Assembly: GCA_963522415.1 (NCBI GenBank)
Contig: CAUQZV010000004.1
Coordinates: 72-64,071 of the forward strand
Source: an uncultured Veillonella sp.
GTDB taxonomy: Bacteria; Bacillota; Negativicutes; Veillonellales; Veillonellaceae
DNA: 64,000 nt
Direction: 5' to 3'
In this document: positions 29,903 through 40,304 of the stretch, in pieces
Numbering within the stretch: position 1 is the stretch's first letter
How the letters are laid out: each line of letters begins with the position of its first letter
Notes under the pieces: model-generated
Seen by the model: the letters and a program-made list of their open reading frames with translations, nothing else
What the model was told of the DNA's origin: nothing
The model's database searches: none
Made by a program: the position numbers and the translations under genes

Positions 29903-30031
29903 TGACAAGAGTATTTGATTAATATCTCCTAAAATAGCACTACCAGTCAAGGTTGACTGGTAGGAGTGTTTTCAAGGGTTTTATAGGGTGCATAGAGAAA
30001 TCCTAAGTACGCAAGTAAAGGAGGTGACATT

Positions 30032-31045
30032 ATGTACCATGTGGAGATTGAGCTAGATCATTTCTTTCAGCGTGCCTATGAAAGTGGAGCCAGTGATATG
30101 CATTTTGATACCTTAGAAAAAGAGGTGCAGGTTCGATTTCGTTTGGATGGTCGTTTGCAAGAGATAGCGCGGATTCCCATGCCAGAAGGTGAGCAAGTGA
30201 TGAATCGTTTGAAAGTGTTAGGGTCTTTAGATATTAGTGAAAAAAGATTGCCTCAAGATGGGCGTTATGTGTGGACCCATGGAAATCACTCAGGAACGAT
30301 ACGTATGTCTTCCTTGCCCTCTGTGTATGGTGAAAGTCTTGTATGTCGACTCTTTTGGCATGATGAGCAGATAAAATCCTTAGAAGAATTGGGTATGCCT
30401 GCTGACATCAGTGCAGAGGTGCGCAGGTTATTGGCACGCCCACATGGGCTACTGCTTGTGTGTGGGCCTACAGGGTCTGGTAAAAGTTCTACCTTGTATG
30501 CATTATTGCAAGAACTCAATGGTGATGAGGAACAAATCATTACCTTGGAGCATCCAGTGGAGCGTATTGTAGAAAAAGCCGTTCAAATTGGTGTACAGCC
30601 ACAGATTGGTATGACCTTCAGTAAGGGATTACGTGCTATTTTACGGCATGATCCAGATACGATCGTGGTCGGTGAAATTCGTGATCAAGAAACGGCGCAA
30701 CTAGCGGTACAGGCAGCGCTCACGGGGCATCGGGTGCTATCCACAATACATACAAACCATGCTATAGGTGTGGTGGAACGATTGGTGGATATGGGTGTGG
30801 AAGAGTATCTAGTGCGTGCCACTTTGACAGGAGTTATCTCGCAACGATTAGTGCGAACTCTAGTAGATGGAGCATATCGTGGTCGCTGTGGATTGTATGA
30901 GTTATTAGCTATTCCTAACTATGATTGCCATTGGGAACAGCTAGATTCGTATCTGCTTTGTTCTTTGGAAGAATCGGCTCGCCAAGCTATTGAAGAAGGG
31001 TTGACTACGGAAGAGGAAGTTCGCCGTGTGGGGGTAGTATTATGA
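30032..31045 (+). CDS. pilB: GspE/PilB/ComGA pilus assembly ATPase (short form)
   Basis: RLPQDG, GPTGSGKS, LRHDPD.I.VGEIRD, TGH.V.ST.H. Confidence 0.88.
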   Translation: MYHVEIELDHFFQRAYESGASDMHFDTLEKEVQVRFRLDGRLQEIARIPMPEGEQVMNRLKVLGSLDISEKRLPQDGRYVWTHGNHSGTIRMSSLPSVYGESLVCRLFWHDEQIKSLEELGMPADISAEVRRLLARPHGLLLVCGPTGSGKSSTLYALLQELNGDEEQIITLEHPVERIVEKAVQIGVQPQIGMTFSKGLRAILRHDPDTIVVGEIRDQETAQLAVQAALTGHRVLSTIHTNHAIGVVERLVDMGVEEYLVRATLTGVISQRLVRTLVDGAYRGRCGLYELLAIPNYDCHWEQLDSYLLCSLEESARQAIEEGLTTEEEVRRVGVVL

Positions 31046-32034
31046 TTTGGTCACAGGTATTGCACGAAGCTATAGAGCGAGGAGCAACAGATATTCATGT
31101 ACAAAGTGGGACGGTCTATTGGCGATTAGGTATGGATGTGCTGCCTACGGAATACCAATTATCTGATGAAGATATGCTAACATTTCTAACTGATCAAGTT
31201 CACACTATACCGGACACCATGATGTCCTATGATGGAGCGATGACCTTTGAAGGCTTACGTATTCGGGTGCATTTATTCCGTTGGCGTTCTGGTTGGGGCG
31301 GTACCTTGCGCATTTTGTATCCCCCTAAAACGGGCCTTGATACATCGGAAGAGGGGAATTTATTGCGCCGGATATCTTCTTTCAAAGAAGGTCTAGTTAT
31401 TATCGCTGGTGCTACTGGTTCAGGAAAATCTTACACCCTAACCTCTTGTTTAATGCATATTAATGAAAGTATGCGTCGTCATATTATTACGTTAGAAGAT
31501 CCCATCGAATATGTATTGGATCATCAACAATCCTTAATACATCAACGGGAATTGCATACACACTTTCATCATATGGCGGACGGTATCCGAGATGCGTTGC
31601 GAGAAGATCCAGATGTGATTTTAATCGGTGAGGTACGGGATAGGGAAACCTTGGAAGCAGCACTACATGCGGCGGAAACGGGGCATCTCGTATTTGCTAC
31701 CTTGCATACGCAACGTGCTACTATGTCCATCAATCGGATGATTTCTATGTTCCCTGCACACCAACAAGAAGAAGTGCGGACGCAGCTTTCACAGATATTG
31801 CGAGCTGTCATCTGCCAACGACTGGTTGTTATCGATGATAGATTTATACCGGTGCGAGATATTTTGATTAATACCCCAGCAGTGGCAAATTTGATACGGC
31901 AACGAAAGGAGCCGCAAATTGTATCCTTGCAAGAAACGCAAAGGCCCATGAAAACATTGGAAATGGCAGTCGCTGAGTTACGATCTATCTATGGCTCATT
32001 GCCAGTGTTAGAGTCTGTATTACAGGTAAATTAG
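31042..32034 (+). CDS. pilT: PilT/PilU retraction ATPase
   Basis: GATGSGKS, LEDPIE, LREDPDVILIGE, AAETGHLV.ATLH, NLIR. Confidence 0.9.
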   Translation: MIWSQVLHEAIERGATDIHVQSGTVYWRLGMDVLPTEYQLSDEDMLTFLTDQVHTIPDTMMSYDGAMTFEGLRIRVHLFRWRSGWGGTLRILYPPKTGLDTSEEGNLLRRISSFKEGLVIIAGATGSGKSYTLTSCLMHINESMRRHIITLEDPIEYVLDHQQSLIHQRELHTHFHHMADGIRDALREDPDVILIGEVRDRETLEAALHAAETGHLVFATLHTQRATMSINRMISMFPAHQQEEVRTQLSQILRAVICQRLVVIDDRFIPVRDILINTPAVANLIRQRKEPQIVSLQETQRPMKTLEMAVAELRSIYGSLPVLESVLQVN

Positions 32035-32046
32035 TGGAGAATATGT

Positions 32047-33222
32047 ATGAGTTGGTATACCTATGAAGGATTTTCAACAGATAAAAAGATAGTGTCAGGC
32101 AAAGTATGGGGCGACTCTGAAGAGGAAGTGCAAGCAAAGCTAGAGTATCAATCCATAACGCCTATTCACTTGGAATGTGTTGTTCTAAAGGAAAAAAAGA
32201 AGCAATGGAAAACAGCTCATATGATTCACTTTGCCTATCGATTACATATGCTGTTGGGAGCAGGTATATCCTTACGAAAAGCCTTAGATATGATGGCCAA
32301 TACGAAAGGTTCTACTATCCCCTATGAAGATATTCGTGAAGATGTAGGGCGGGGCATGGCACTGTCAAAGAGTTTAGCCAAGTACCAGTGTCCTATTATT
32401 GTCACCACTATACTGGAGGCAGGGGAAGCATCAGGAACGTTAGTGGAGTCCTTAGGGATGATTCAAAGCATGTACGAAGAGGAGCATCGATTGCGCCAAC
32501 AATTGGTATCAGCCATTACGTATCCTTCTTTTTTGGTGGTGCTTATGATGGTGTTTATAGGAGTTGCCGTAGGTTTTATTCTGCCGCAATTTAAATCTGT
32601 TTTCGAAAGCATGCAAATCGAATTGCCACCCCTTACAGCTGCACTTTTTACAGGAGGCACTTGGTTACAGCAAAAAGGAGTATATCTCCTGGTTGCATTA
32701 CTAGCATTGGGTATGGGGTTGTGGAAATCGTACCAACGAGAATCTGTGAAGTTCACCGTGCATCGTAAGGTTTGGCTATGTATGGCACGAAGAGAATGGC
32801 TTATGGCGTATACGATGGTACGTATGTGTCAGATTTGGAAGCTACTTTTAAAAAGTGGGATACCTTTGTTACAACTGTTGGATATGACAGAATCGCTATG
32901 GGGTAATCGTTGGGCTAGTACCTTGCAACAAGAGGTGAAAAATCGTATCTCTCAAGGGCATGGATTTACGGATTCATTAGAAGAGGTGCAATTAGGAACT
33001 TCTTTTGTATGGGATTTGCTTCGTATTGGAGAAGAAACGGGTGACCTAGAAAGTATGTTAGATCAAGGGCATACGTACTATAAAGGAATTTTGGAACGGA
33101 CTGTGAAACGAGGAGAACAATTATTAGAACCTATTATGCTCAGTATTATGGGCAGTATGATCGCTTTACTTGTGGTAGCAGTAATGCTGCCGATGTTTAA
33201 TTCAATTTCAGCTATTCAATAG
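32047..33222 (+). CDS. pilC: GspF/PilC platform protein
   Basis: GEASGTL...SAITYP, GEETGDL, LLEP motifs. Confidence 0.9.
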   Translation: MSWYTYEGFSTDKKIVSGKVWGDSEEEVQAKLEYQSITPIHLECVVLKEKKKQWKTAHMIHFAYRLHMLLGAGISLRKALDMMANTKGSTIPYEDIREDVGRGMALSKSLAKYQCPIIVTTILEAGEASGTLVESLGMIQSMYEEEHRLRQQLVSAITYPSFLVVLMMVFIGVAVGFILPQFKSVFESMQIELPPLTAALFTGGTWLQQKGVYLLVALLALGMGLWKSYQRESVKFTVHRKVWLCMARREWLMAYTMVRMCQIWKLLLKSGIPLLQLLDMTESLWGNRWASTLQQEVKNRISQGHGFTDSLEEVQLGTSFVWDLLRIGEETGDLESMLDQGHTYYKGILERTVKRGEQLLEPIMLSIMGSMIALLVVAVMLPMFNSISAIQ

Positions 33223-33230
33223 GAGGAAGT

Positions 33231-33608
33231 ATGGAAGCATTTCGACAACGTTTGTCTTTACGAAAACGGAAACAACAAGATGGATTTACATTAGTTGAAT
33301 TAATGGTTGTGGTAGCAGTCATTGCCATTTTAGCATCCTTGGCGATGCCACAATTTTTAAATGCCTCAAACAAGGCGAAGGATGCGAAAATTAAATCGGA
33401 TGTGACAACGATTTCCAATGCAGCACAGCTGTATATGATGGAACAATCTACCGATACAGTACCGACTGTAGATACATTATATAAAGAAGGGTATTTGACA
33501 GAACATGTGAAAACTCCTAAAGGGGGAGAGTACACAATCACCAGTGTACAAAATGAAGGTGGTAAAGGTAAACATATTGCTGTCACAGCACCTGATGCGG
33601 ACAATTAA
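33231..33608 (+). CDS. Major type IV pilin
   Basis: Class III signal GFTLVELMVVVAVIAIL. Confidence 0.92.
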   Translation: MEAFRQRLSLRKRKQQDGFTLVELMVVVAVIAILASLAMPQFLNASNKAKDAKIKSDVTTISNAAQLYMMEQSTDTVPTVDTLYKEGYLTEHVKTPKGGEYTITSVQNEGGKGKHIAVTAPDADN

Positions 33609-33630
33609 TTAGTAGAAGGAAGAGGGAAAT

Positions 33631-34242
33631 ATGGAGTATGTGCTAGGAGGTATTGCTGGTGTCACAGGAGTTGCAAGCCTCTATCTCATTGTTTCTTGGA
33701 CCTATATGAAAACACATAGTATGTGGTGCCTTATGTCCATCTTTGCTCATATCATAGGGACAGTAGGGCTTTGCTATGCCTATCAAGTCGGATACATTAT
33801 GAATATCTATGAACTGGGACTTCTTTATATGCTGGAGGTAACGCTCTTTTGGGGATCAACCATCGATAAGCTATATTATATTCTTCCCGATGAGGGAGCT
33901 ATTCTAATTTGTATATGTGGATTTGTTTACCAGTGGATAGGTAATGGTGATGTACTAATGATAGTAGTCAATGCCCTCTGTATGGGCGGACTGTGGTGGT
34001 CATTGCGGTGGTTTAGCCGTGGTGGTGTGGGATTAGGTGACATCAAATGGTTGATGGCCGTCAGTTGTTGGCTCACATCGGTGGAATGCTTGGCATTATG
34101 CGGCGTTTCCTCTCTCATTGGTATCTTGTACAGTTGTGTATGGCGTGTTATATCTCCGAATCATACCTATATTCCCTTTGGTCCTTCTTTCAGTATGGCA
34201 ACGATGGTGCTATTCATCTACCCTGTTGAGAGGTGGCTATGA
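33631..34242 (+). CDS. A24 prepilin peptidase (peptidase domain only)
   Basis: ID...YILPD, GVGLGDIK, IPFGP. Confidence 0.85.
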   Translation: MEYVLGGIAGVTGVASLYLIVSWTYMKTHSMWCLMSIFAHIIGTVGLCYAYQVGYIMNIYELGLLYMLEVTLFWGSTIDKLYYILPDEGAILICICGFVYQWIGNGDVLMIVVNALCMGGLWWSLRWFSRGGVGLGDIKWLMAVSCWLTSVECLALCGVSSLIGILYSCVWRVISPNHTYIPFGPSFSMATMVLFIYPVERWL

Positions 34243-34709
34243 TGAAAGTACCAAGGCACTCAGAAGGTGGCTCGTTGTTAGTGGAAATCTTGTTATATAT
34301 GACGATTTGCTCTCTTATCATAGGCATGGTGTTGCTCTTAAACAATGGAGAGCAACGAGAGTACTACCAATTTGATAGAGAAGGACGTATTTTATTTGCT
34401 CATATGAAGCGTATGCAGATGGCTACTTTATATGGGAACCTACAACGTGTTAGTGGTGGTAACCGCATAATATTAGGTGGAACTAGGTACGGATATATTA
34501 ATGAGTCAAGCGTTATGGTGTATCGTGAGTTGCCGCCATCTATGTATATTGAATTTACAGGTACATCCCCGGTGTTGCGCTTTGCAGGTCATAAGGGGGT
34601 AGGAAAGGTGTTTACCGTGACCTTAGTGGATACTGTAATTCGCTATAAACGAACCTTTATATTTGCTCGACAATCAGGGCGCATACGGTGGGAGGAATCA
34701 AAATATTGA
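34239..34709 (+). CDS. Minor pilin
   Basis: GSLLVEILL class III-like signal. Confidence 0.7.
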   Translation: MMKVPRHSEGGSLLVEILLYMTICSLIIGMVLLLNNGEQREYYQFDREGRILFAHMKRMQMATLYGNLQRVSGGNRIILGGTRYGYINESSVMVYRELPPSMYIEFTGTSPVLRFAGHKGVGKVFTVTLVDTVIRYKRTFIFARQSGRIRWEESKY

Positions 34710-35062
34710 AAGCACAACAAGAAGGGTTTCTCTATATGGATGTATTAGCATCGCTGTTTGTAATGAGTTTATTATGTTCCACTTTATTTGTACTCATGAT
34801 GAGCAGTATCCAGCAATATGGGAAAATGATGGAGGAAGATAGAACCTTGCAAGCTATGATTTTGTATATGGAAGAGGGGAAAGCGAGTTGGGCGAATGGA
34901 ACTAGTTCAGAGTCTGATGAACCGCCCAATGTGGGATTGACGAGCTTTCAGCGAAGGGTGGAAGTAAGTCCAGAAGGAGTACACGTATTGACTGTCATAG
35001 CCTATCGCCATGGAGAAGAGATACATCGGTTTACTACCTACTTGTTGGAACCTAGTCAATGA
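34688..35062 (+). CDS. Minor pilin
   Basis: GFLYMDVL signal plus hydrophobic helix; start uncertain. Confidence 0.65.
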   Translation: MGGIKILKAQQEGFLYMDVLASLFVMSLLCSTLFVLMMSSIQQYGKMMEEDRTLQAMILYMEEGKASWANGTSSESDEPPNVGLTSFQRRVEVSPEGVHVLTVIAYRHGEEIHRFTTYLLEPSQ

Positions 35063-35318
35063 GATACATTATTAGAATGACGAAGGGGATAGACTAAAAC
35101 TATAGAGTAGTTACCTAATATGATTTTGAACAAAATAGCCTACTGTGATTGCGAGATAATTACATAACACTTTGGATGAAGAGTTTGTTTGATATGTTTG
35201 AGGATAGTCACCGAACAGAGTGACAATGCAATCAGATGAGATTACAGTATTATGGAGCAAAATAAATGAAATGTATGAGCTGTTATAGAGAGACAAGATA
35301 CCTGGTCGGTATATATGG

Positions 35319-35930
35319 GTGAAAGGTATGATGTTAAGTTCAGAAAAAGCTAGGGCTTTTTCGAAGAGAAGTAAAGGTAAGCAGGGAACAGCAGGTTTTC
35401 TACTGGTGGAGGCATTAATAGGAAGCCTATTATTAGTGACTATCATAACGGGATTTTTCCTTATCACATCACATAGTGTGAAGTGGCTACATATGTTACA
35501 TCACCGTCATGAATTGCTGCTAGATGCTAGGTTTAGTCGCATACAGATTATGAATCGTCTTCGTTATAGTGAGAAAAAACCACGAGTCAGTGAAGATGGC
35601 TCCTGGTTAGTATCTCCTTCCAATTGGCGCATACGGGTCTATCAAGATGCGTTCGTGACTATCCTATCTGATGGACAATTACAGGATATTACGGAAAGTG
35701 AGATCAGTCCCAAGATAGGGAAAATACATGTATTTCCAGAAGGTTCTACATTTTTTCAGGAACGATCAGATGGTCTTGTTGACTTACATTGGTACTCAGA
35801 GGTACGACCTTATTGGAGACGAGATCACATTCAACTTATGGAAGGTGGACAGAACCGATATCATGTACAGACTGGGATTTTGCCGTATGCTACTTATCTC
35901 CAACGATTACAACATACTACAGTAAAGTAA
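35319..35930 (+). CDS. Minor pilin
   Basis: GFLLVEAL signal; start uncertain. Confidence 0.7.
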   Translation: MKGMMLSSEKARAFSKRSKGKQGTAGFLLVEALIGSLLLVTIITGFFLITSHSVKWLHMLHHRHELLLDARFSRIQIMNRLRYSEKKPRVSEDGSWLVSPSNWRIRVYQDAFVTILSDGQLQDITESEISPKIGKIHVFPEGSTFFQERSDGLVDLHWYSEVRPYWRRDHIQLMEGGQNRYHVQTGILPYATYLQRLQHTTVK

Positions 35931-36190
35931 GGTGGTATTTTGTCATTTTAGGGAATAATAATAGTATCAGTGAAATGCTAAGTATGGATGTTAACATGCC
36001 TAATCTATTTATAAGAGTATGAATTGAGTCATGAGCAAGATAACTTACATATTAAATATATGTAAAAAATGATTGTAGTTAGATGTAGGTAAAAGGTATA
36101 TCTAGAAAAATGGGCAAGGAAAGCAGTTATAGTTAGAAATAGACGCTTGTAGAGTGGTTGTATTGGATAATGCATGAGAGGTTAGCGCTT

Positions 36191-36631
36191 ATGTTGCATT
36201 GGAAAGGTCGAAAGAAAAATGGTTTTGTATCGTACATGATTTTGCTAATAGCTATGATGACCATTGGTACTTGGGTAGCCTGGCAACATACGATGCAGAT
36301 TACCTATCAAAGCATGATAGATGAATATCGATTTGTTCGCTGTCAATATGGCATAGAACGAGGGATAGTATTAGGTACAAAGAAAGAATTCTTTCTAGCT
36401 CATCAAAAGGAAGTAACTGGTAGTGGTTCTCCAAAGTATGTATTAGAAGAAACGGATACAGAACGAATAGAGGCTATTATCTATAAAGAACGAGATTCGC
36501 AACGGTATTGTTTGCGGCTCATATGTATCGATGTAGATACAGAAACAAATGTGAGGCAAGACGTATACTTTCAAACTATGTATAAGGATGATGTGTTAGA
36601 GGCTATACGCATAGAAGGTGTGAAAGAATAA
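36191..36631 (+). CDS. Minor pilin (PilX/ComGG-like)
   Basis: KKNGFVSYMILL signal lacking E5. Confidence 0.6.
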   Translation: MLHWKGRKKNGFVSYMILLIAMMTIGTWVAWQHTMQITYQSMIDEYRFVRCQYGIERGIVLGTKKEFFLAHQKEVTGSGSPKYVLEETDTERIEAIIYKERDSQRYCLRLICIDVDTETNVRQDVYFQTMYKDDVLEAIRIEGVKE

Positions 36632-36641
36632 GGAGGTTAAT

Positions 36642-37475
36642 ATGAAAACAAATCCAGTATTGGCTATTGCCGTTGGACATGATGAAATTGTGGGGGTGAA
36701 AGCCTATGAAATTGAAGGTACTAATGTGCTAGAAGATATAATAGTACAAAAACGGCACGCTGATATGGGAACGGATGTGCAAAAGTTTTTTGACTATTAT
36801 GGGGAAACAGGCATATCCATTGGTTGCGTTTTTGAAGCGCCACTACAATCGGTATATATGGAAACACCGATAATGCATAAAATAGATCAGTATTTATTTG
36901 CTCAACGTGAAGGAAAAAGAATCTTCCAGAATGAAGAGTTTCCTAATGCCATCGATTTTGCCTCTAGACCAGGTACGACGGAGGAACTGATGTTCATTCT
37001 TATTGTGGCATTAGAACGAAAACAACTCAAACAGGTGGCACGAGGGATTCAACAAGGAGGGGGAGATCTTCGTGTTATCGATTACTGGCCAGCACCACTT
37101 GTATTCAGTCGTGGTCGAGAATCGTCTATGCTTTGTATCACTCCAGAAGAAGATAAGGTACGAGTATCGTTATGGAATTATAAATTCTGTACGGCGCATA
37201 CCTTAGTGTCATTAGATGTAAATAAAGTATTGGAAGCATGTAAAACGGTCTATGAAGATAGCAAACAATTTCAAGTGCCCTATCCTAAGGGGGCTATTAT
37301 AGTTGGGTTTGATGAAACGAGAGTTAAAGCACTTGAGCCTATTTTAGAAACTTATGGAACTATGGATCAGGTACCTCTTCATATAGTAGATAAAGGAGAA
37401 GGTTATAATCCACAGAATATAAATCATGAAATGGCATGGGGATTAGCAATTAGGTTACTTACTGATGGAAAATAA
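36642..37475 (+). CDS. PilM-like protein (divergent)
   Basis: Position in operon; LAIAVG N-terminus; AWGLAIR C-terminus typical of PilM. Confidence 0.6.
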   Translation: MKTNPVLAIAVGHDEIVGVKAYEIEGTNVLEDIIVQKRHADMGTDVQKFFDYYGETGISIGCVFEAPLQSVYMETPIMHKIDQYLFAQREGKRIFQNEEFPNAIDFASRPGTTEELMFILIVALERKQLKQVARGIQQGGGDLRVIDYWPAPLVFSRGRESSMLCITPEEDKVRVSLWNYKFCTAHTLVSLDVNKVLEACKTVYEDSKQFQVPYPKGAIIVGFDETRVKALEPILETYGTMDQVPLHIVDKGEGYNPQNINHEMAWGLAIRLLTDGK

Positions 37476-38016
37476 GGAAAATTTTACTTTCATAGAACCG
37501 GATATACAGTGGATATGTTGGTATATTCGATATAAACACATATGGTGGGCATTATTAGCTTTACTGATTGTTGTATTCCTAGGTTCTGTGGCGATGGGCA
37601 CAAAAGCATATATACAGTATCAAGAAATTGTAGAAAGACAAGAAGATGTAATATCACGCCATATTGATGCTAAGGAGGCTCATAGTATGTATGAATCTAT
37701 GGTTCACGAAAATACAAAAGGAGATCCATCATCCCAGGGAACGTTGAAGGAATGTATATACTTACTGGACGCATCGAATACATATCACATCCAAATGGTG
37801 GAGTGGTCTACTATGAATCAATGGTATGTGGAAGCTAGAGGGACCAATGAAAATGAATTGCATCAGTTTGGTTCAGTTTTGAGTCGATTAGGAGGTTGCC
37901 GTCACTATGATGAAGTGGTGGAAAAAGAATCCGGAACTACACTATATCGCAGTCGTATTACGGGGACTGTGGAAAGCCCTTCCCATTCCAAAAAAAAGTC
38001 TGCTCCTAGTCATTAG
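37465..38016 (+). CDS. PilN-like bitopic membrane protein
   Basis: Single TM helix; follows pilM-like gene. Confidence 0.5.
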   Translation: MENKENFTFIEPDIQWICWYIRYKHIWWALLALLIVVFLGSVAMGTKAYIQYQEIVERQEDVISRHIDAKEAHSMYESMVHENTKGDPSSQGTLKECIYLLDASNTYHIQMVEWSTMNQWYVEARGTNENELHQFGSVLSRLGGCRHYDEVVEKESGTTLYRSRITGTVESPSHSKKKSAPSH

Positions 38017-38467
38017 CGTGTACTGTTGTGTATTAGATTTGGGCATCGGCATGACCGTGTACTTTCAAGGAGAAAGAGAACGTATTTCTGCAGAGATTGA
38101 TGAAGAAATACTTTCACAGGAGGCAGAAACAACATTTTTACATAGTGAAAGTTATCAATTTGTCAAACACTTAGATGATAATATATTAGACATGGAAGGC
38201 TTGTATCATTTGGTGTTGTCATCCATAGAAGATACACCCTTGATAATTGTCAGTACACACAAAGAAGAGGAAACGGTAGATGTGGTGGTACAAGGGTCTA
38301 CCTTAGATATGGTACAGTGGTTGGTAGGGATGCAAAAGGTGCATCCTACCTTGCGTTTTACTATAGAAAAAATAATTCATCTGCAAGGTGTTACTACTTT
38401 ACAATGTAAGATTCGTGAAAATAGTAAAAATAGAGGGAATGGTTTGTCAAAGTATAGTCGAGTATAG
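37907..38467 (+). CDS. PilO-like bitopic membrane protein
   Basis: Single TM helix; follows pilN-like gene; start uncertain. Confidence 0.45.
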   Translation: MMKWWKKNPELHYIAVVLRGLWKALPIPKKSLLLVISVYCCVLDLGIGMTVYFQGERERISAEIDEEILSQEAETTFLHSESYQFVKHLDDNILDMEGLYHLVLSSIEDTPLIIVSTHKEEETVDVVVQGSTLDMVQWLVGMQKVHPTLRFTIEKIIHLQGVTTLQCKIRENSKNRGNGLSKYSRV

Positions 38468-38518
38468 TAAAATAAAGTTAAAATTAACTAGTATATTAAA
38501 GAAGAGATATTATGTAGA

Positions 38519-39082
38519 ATGAAAACGACTATCAGGAGAAATATTATCCTCATTGGTTCTATGGGGAGTGGCAAAAGTCATTTAGGTCGAAATTTAGCGG
38601 ATGCCAAAGGTTGGCAATTTGTTGACACGGATCGAATATTAGAGAAACGATACAATATGCCTATTGCTGATATTTTTAAAACAATAGGTGAAAAGGCATT
38701 TCGCCGTGCTGAGTTTGAAGTGATTAAAAAGGTGGCTATGTATCATGAAGCGGTGATTTCCGTAGGTGGGAATTTCCCTATTGATATGCGCACATTGCGG
38801 TATATGCAAAAATATTCTTTTATTGTGGGCATACGTGCTTCACATTACAGAATTGTGAATCGGGTCAATCGTTGGGTTGGTAAACGGCCGACGATGAACT
38901 ATGATGATGTATCTGGTTATGTAGCGTGGATGATGCGTAGGTGGAAACCATTATATCGTAAATGTGACCATGTATTAGATACGACGCACAGTCACACTGA
39001 TGAATTAGTTACTAGTATTGATGCATCAGTAAAGTCCAAAGGTATATATTTTAAACGGCGAAAAGTACACCAAGGTGAATAA
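38519..39082 (+). CDS. aroK: Shikimate kinase family protein
   Basis: GSMGSGKS, FVDTD, GEKAFRRAE, SVGG, KRP. Confidence 0.8.
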   Translation: MKTTIRRNIILIGSMGSGKSHLGRNLADAKGWQFVDTDRILEKRYNMPIADIFKTIGEKAFRRAEFEVIKKVAMYHEAVISVGGNFPIDMRTLRYMQKYSFIVGIRASHYRIVNRVNRWVGKRPTMNYDDVSGYVAWMMRRWKPLYRKCDHVLDTTHSHTDELVTSIDASVKSKGIYFKRRKVHQGE

Positions 39083-39083
39083 T

Positions 39084-40043
39084 ATGAAACGAATAGGTAT
39101 TTTAACGAGTGGTGGAGATGCACCAGGAATGAATGCAGTCATTCGTTCCGTAACAAGAAGTGCAATATATGAAGGCCTCGATGTAGTAGGAATACAGCGA
39201 GGCTTTTTGGGCGTTTTAGAAGAAGACTTTATCCCCTTAACAAGACGTAGTGTGGGGAATATTGTAAACAAAGGTGGAACAATCTTAAAATCGTCGCGCT
39301 GTCTTGAGTTTAAAGAAAGTGAGCATCAACAAAGAGGTTATGACAATTTGCGTCATCATGGTATTGATGCCTTAGTCGTTGTTGGTGGTGATGGTTCTAT
39401 GTGTGGTGCCAAAGTATTGTCTAACCTAGGATTGCCTACGGTGACAATTCCTGGCACTATAGATAAAGATATGAATGGTACCGATTATACAATTGGTTTT
39501 GATACAGCTCTTAACACCATCATTGATGGTGTGAGCAAAATTCGTGACACTTCTACGGCTCATGATCGTGTAGCCATTGTAGAAGTAATGGGACGGCATG
39601 CTGGTCACATTGCAGTGTATGCGGGTGTAGCGTGCGGTGCAGAGGTTGTGTTGACTCCTGAAGTACCCATGACGTTAGAAGAAGTGAAAGACTCTCTAGA
39701 AAATACGACTCGTAATGGTAAAAAGAACAGTATTATTATCGTTGCGGAAGGTGCCTACAGCGCCTTTGAAGTGGCTCAATATATTAAAGCACATACGTCC
39801 TATGCACCATCTGTTACGGTGTTAGGTTATTTGCAACGAGGCGGGTCACCGTCTGCGTATGATGCTCTAATGGCTGCTCGTCTAGGAGAGGCAGGAGTTC
39901 GTGCTTTATTAGAGGGATGTACACATCATTTGATAGGAGTTCATTGTAATCATATTGATGCTATAGCGTATGAGGAAGCCCAAACATGTGAGTATCCTTT
40001 AGATACATCTTTATATCAATTAATACGTGTGTTAGGACAATAA
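39084..40043 (+). CDS. pfkA: 6-phosphofructokinase
   Basis: TSGGDAPGMN, GGDGS, PGTID, EVMGR, QRGG. Confidence 0.95.
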   Translation: MKRIGILTSGGDAPGMNAVIRSVTRSAIYEGLDVVGIQRGFLGVLEEDFIPLTRRSVGNIVNKGGTILKSSRCLEFKESEHQQRGYDNLRHHGIDALVVVGGDGSMCGAKVLSNLGLPTVTIPGTIDKDMNGTDYTIGFDTALNTIIDGVSKIRDTSTAHDRVAIVEVMGRHAGHIAVYAGVACGAEVVLTPEVPMTLEEVKDSLENTTRNGKKNSIIIVAEGAYSAFEVAQYIKAHTSYAPSVTVLGYLQRGGSPSAYDALMAARLGEAGVRALLEGCTHHLIGVHCNHIDAIAYEEAQTCEYPLDTSLYQLIRVLGQ

Positions 40044-40304
40044 TTTCATAGTTGTTTCACCATTGTATTGTATAAGATAAAGAAAACTAACCTTAGTTTT
40101 CTTTTCTTTTTATCCTCTGTATATGACATATTTTGTTTTATATTATAGTTGGGGGCTACTCATGTAAGTAAGTTATTGTCAGGTGTAAACTAGTTTATGG
40201 AGATGAAAGTCTATACTACATGTTGGAGCATACTCCTATTAGAGTAAGAAAACACTATGTTGATGATATTCTATTTACAATCGATGGATGAAAGGAGATA
40301 TTTC

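Noticed and set aside
35063..36190. Hidden genes or RNAs in the gaps of the pilus operon (e.g. ORFs 35111-35467, 35789-36022)
   Set aside because: They overlap a real pilin gene; no convincing RBS, motif or stable structure seen
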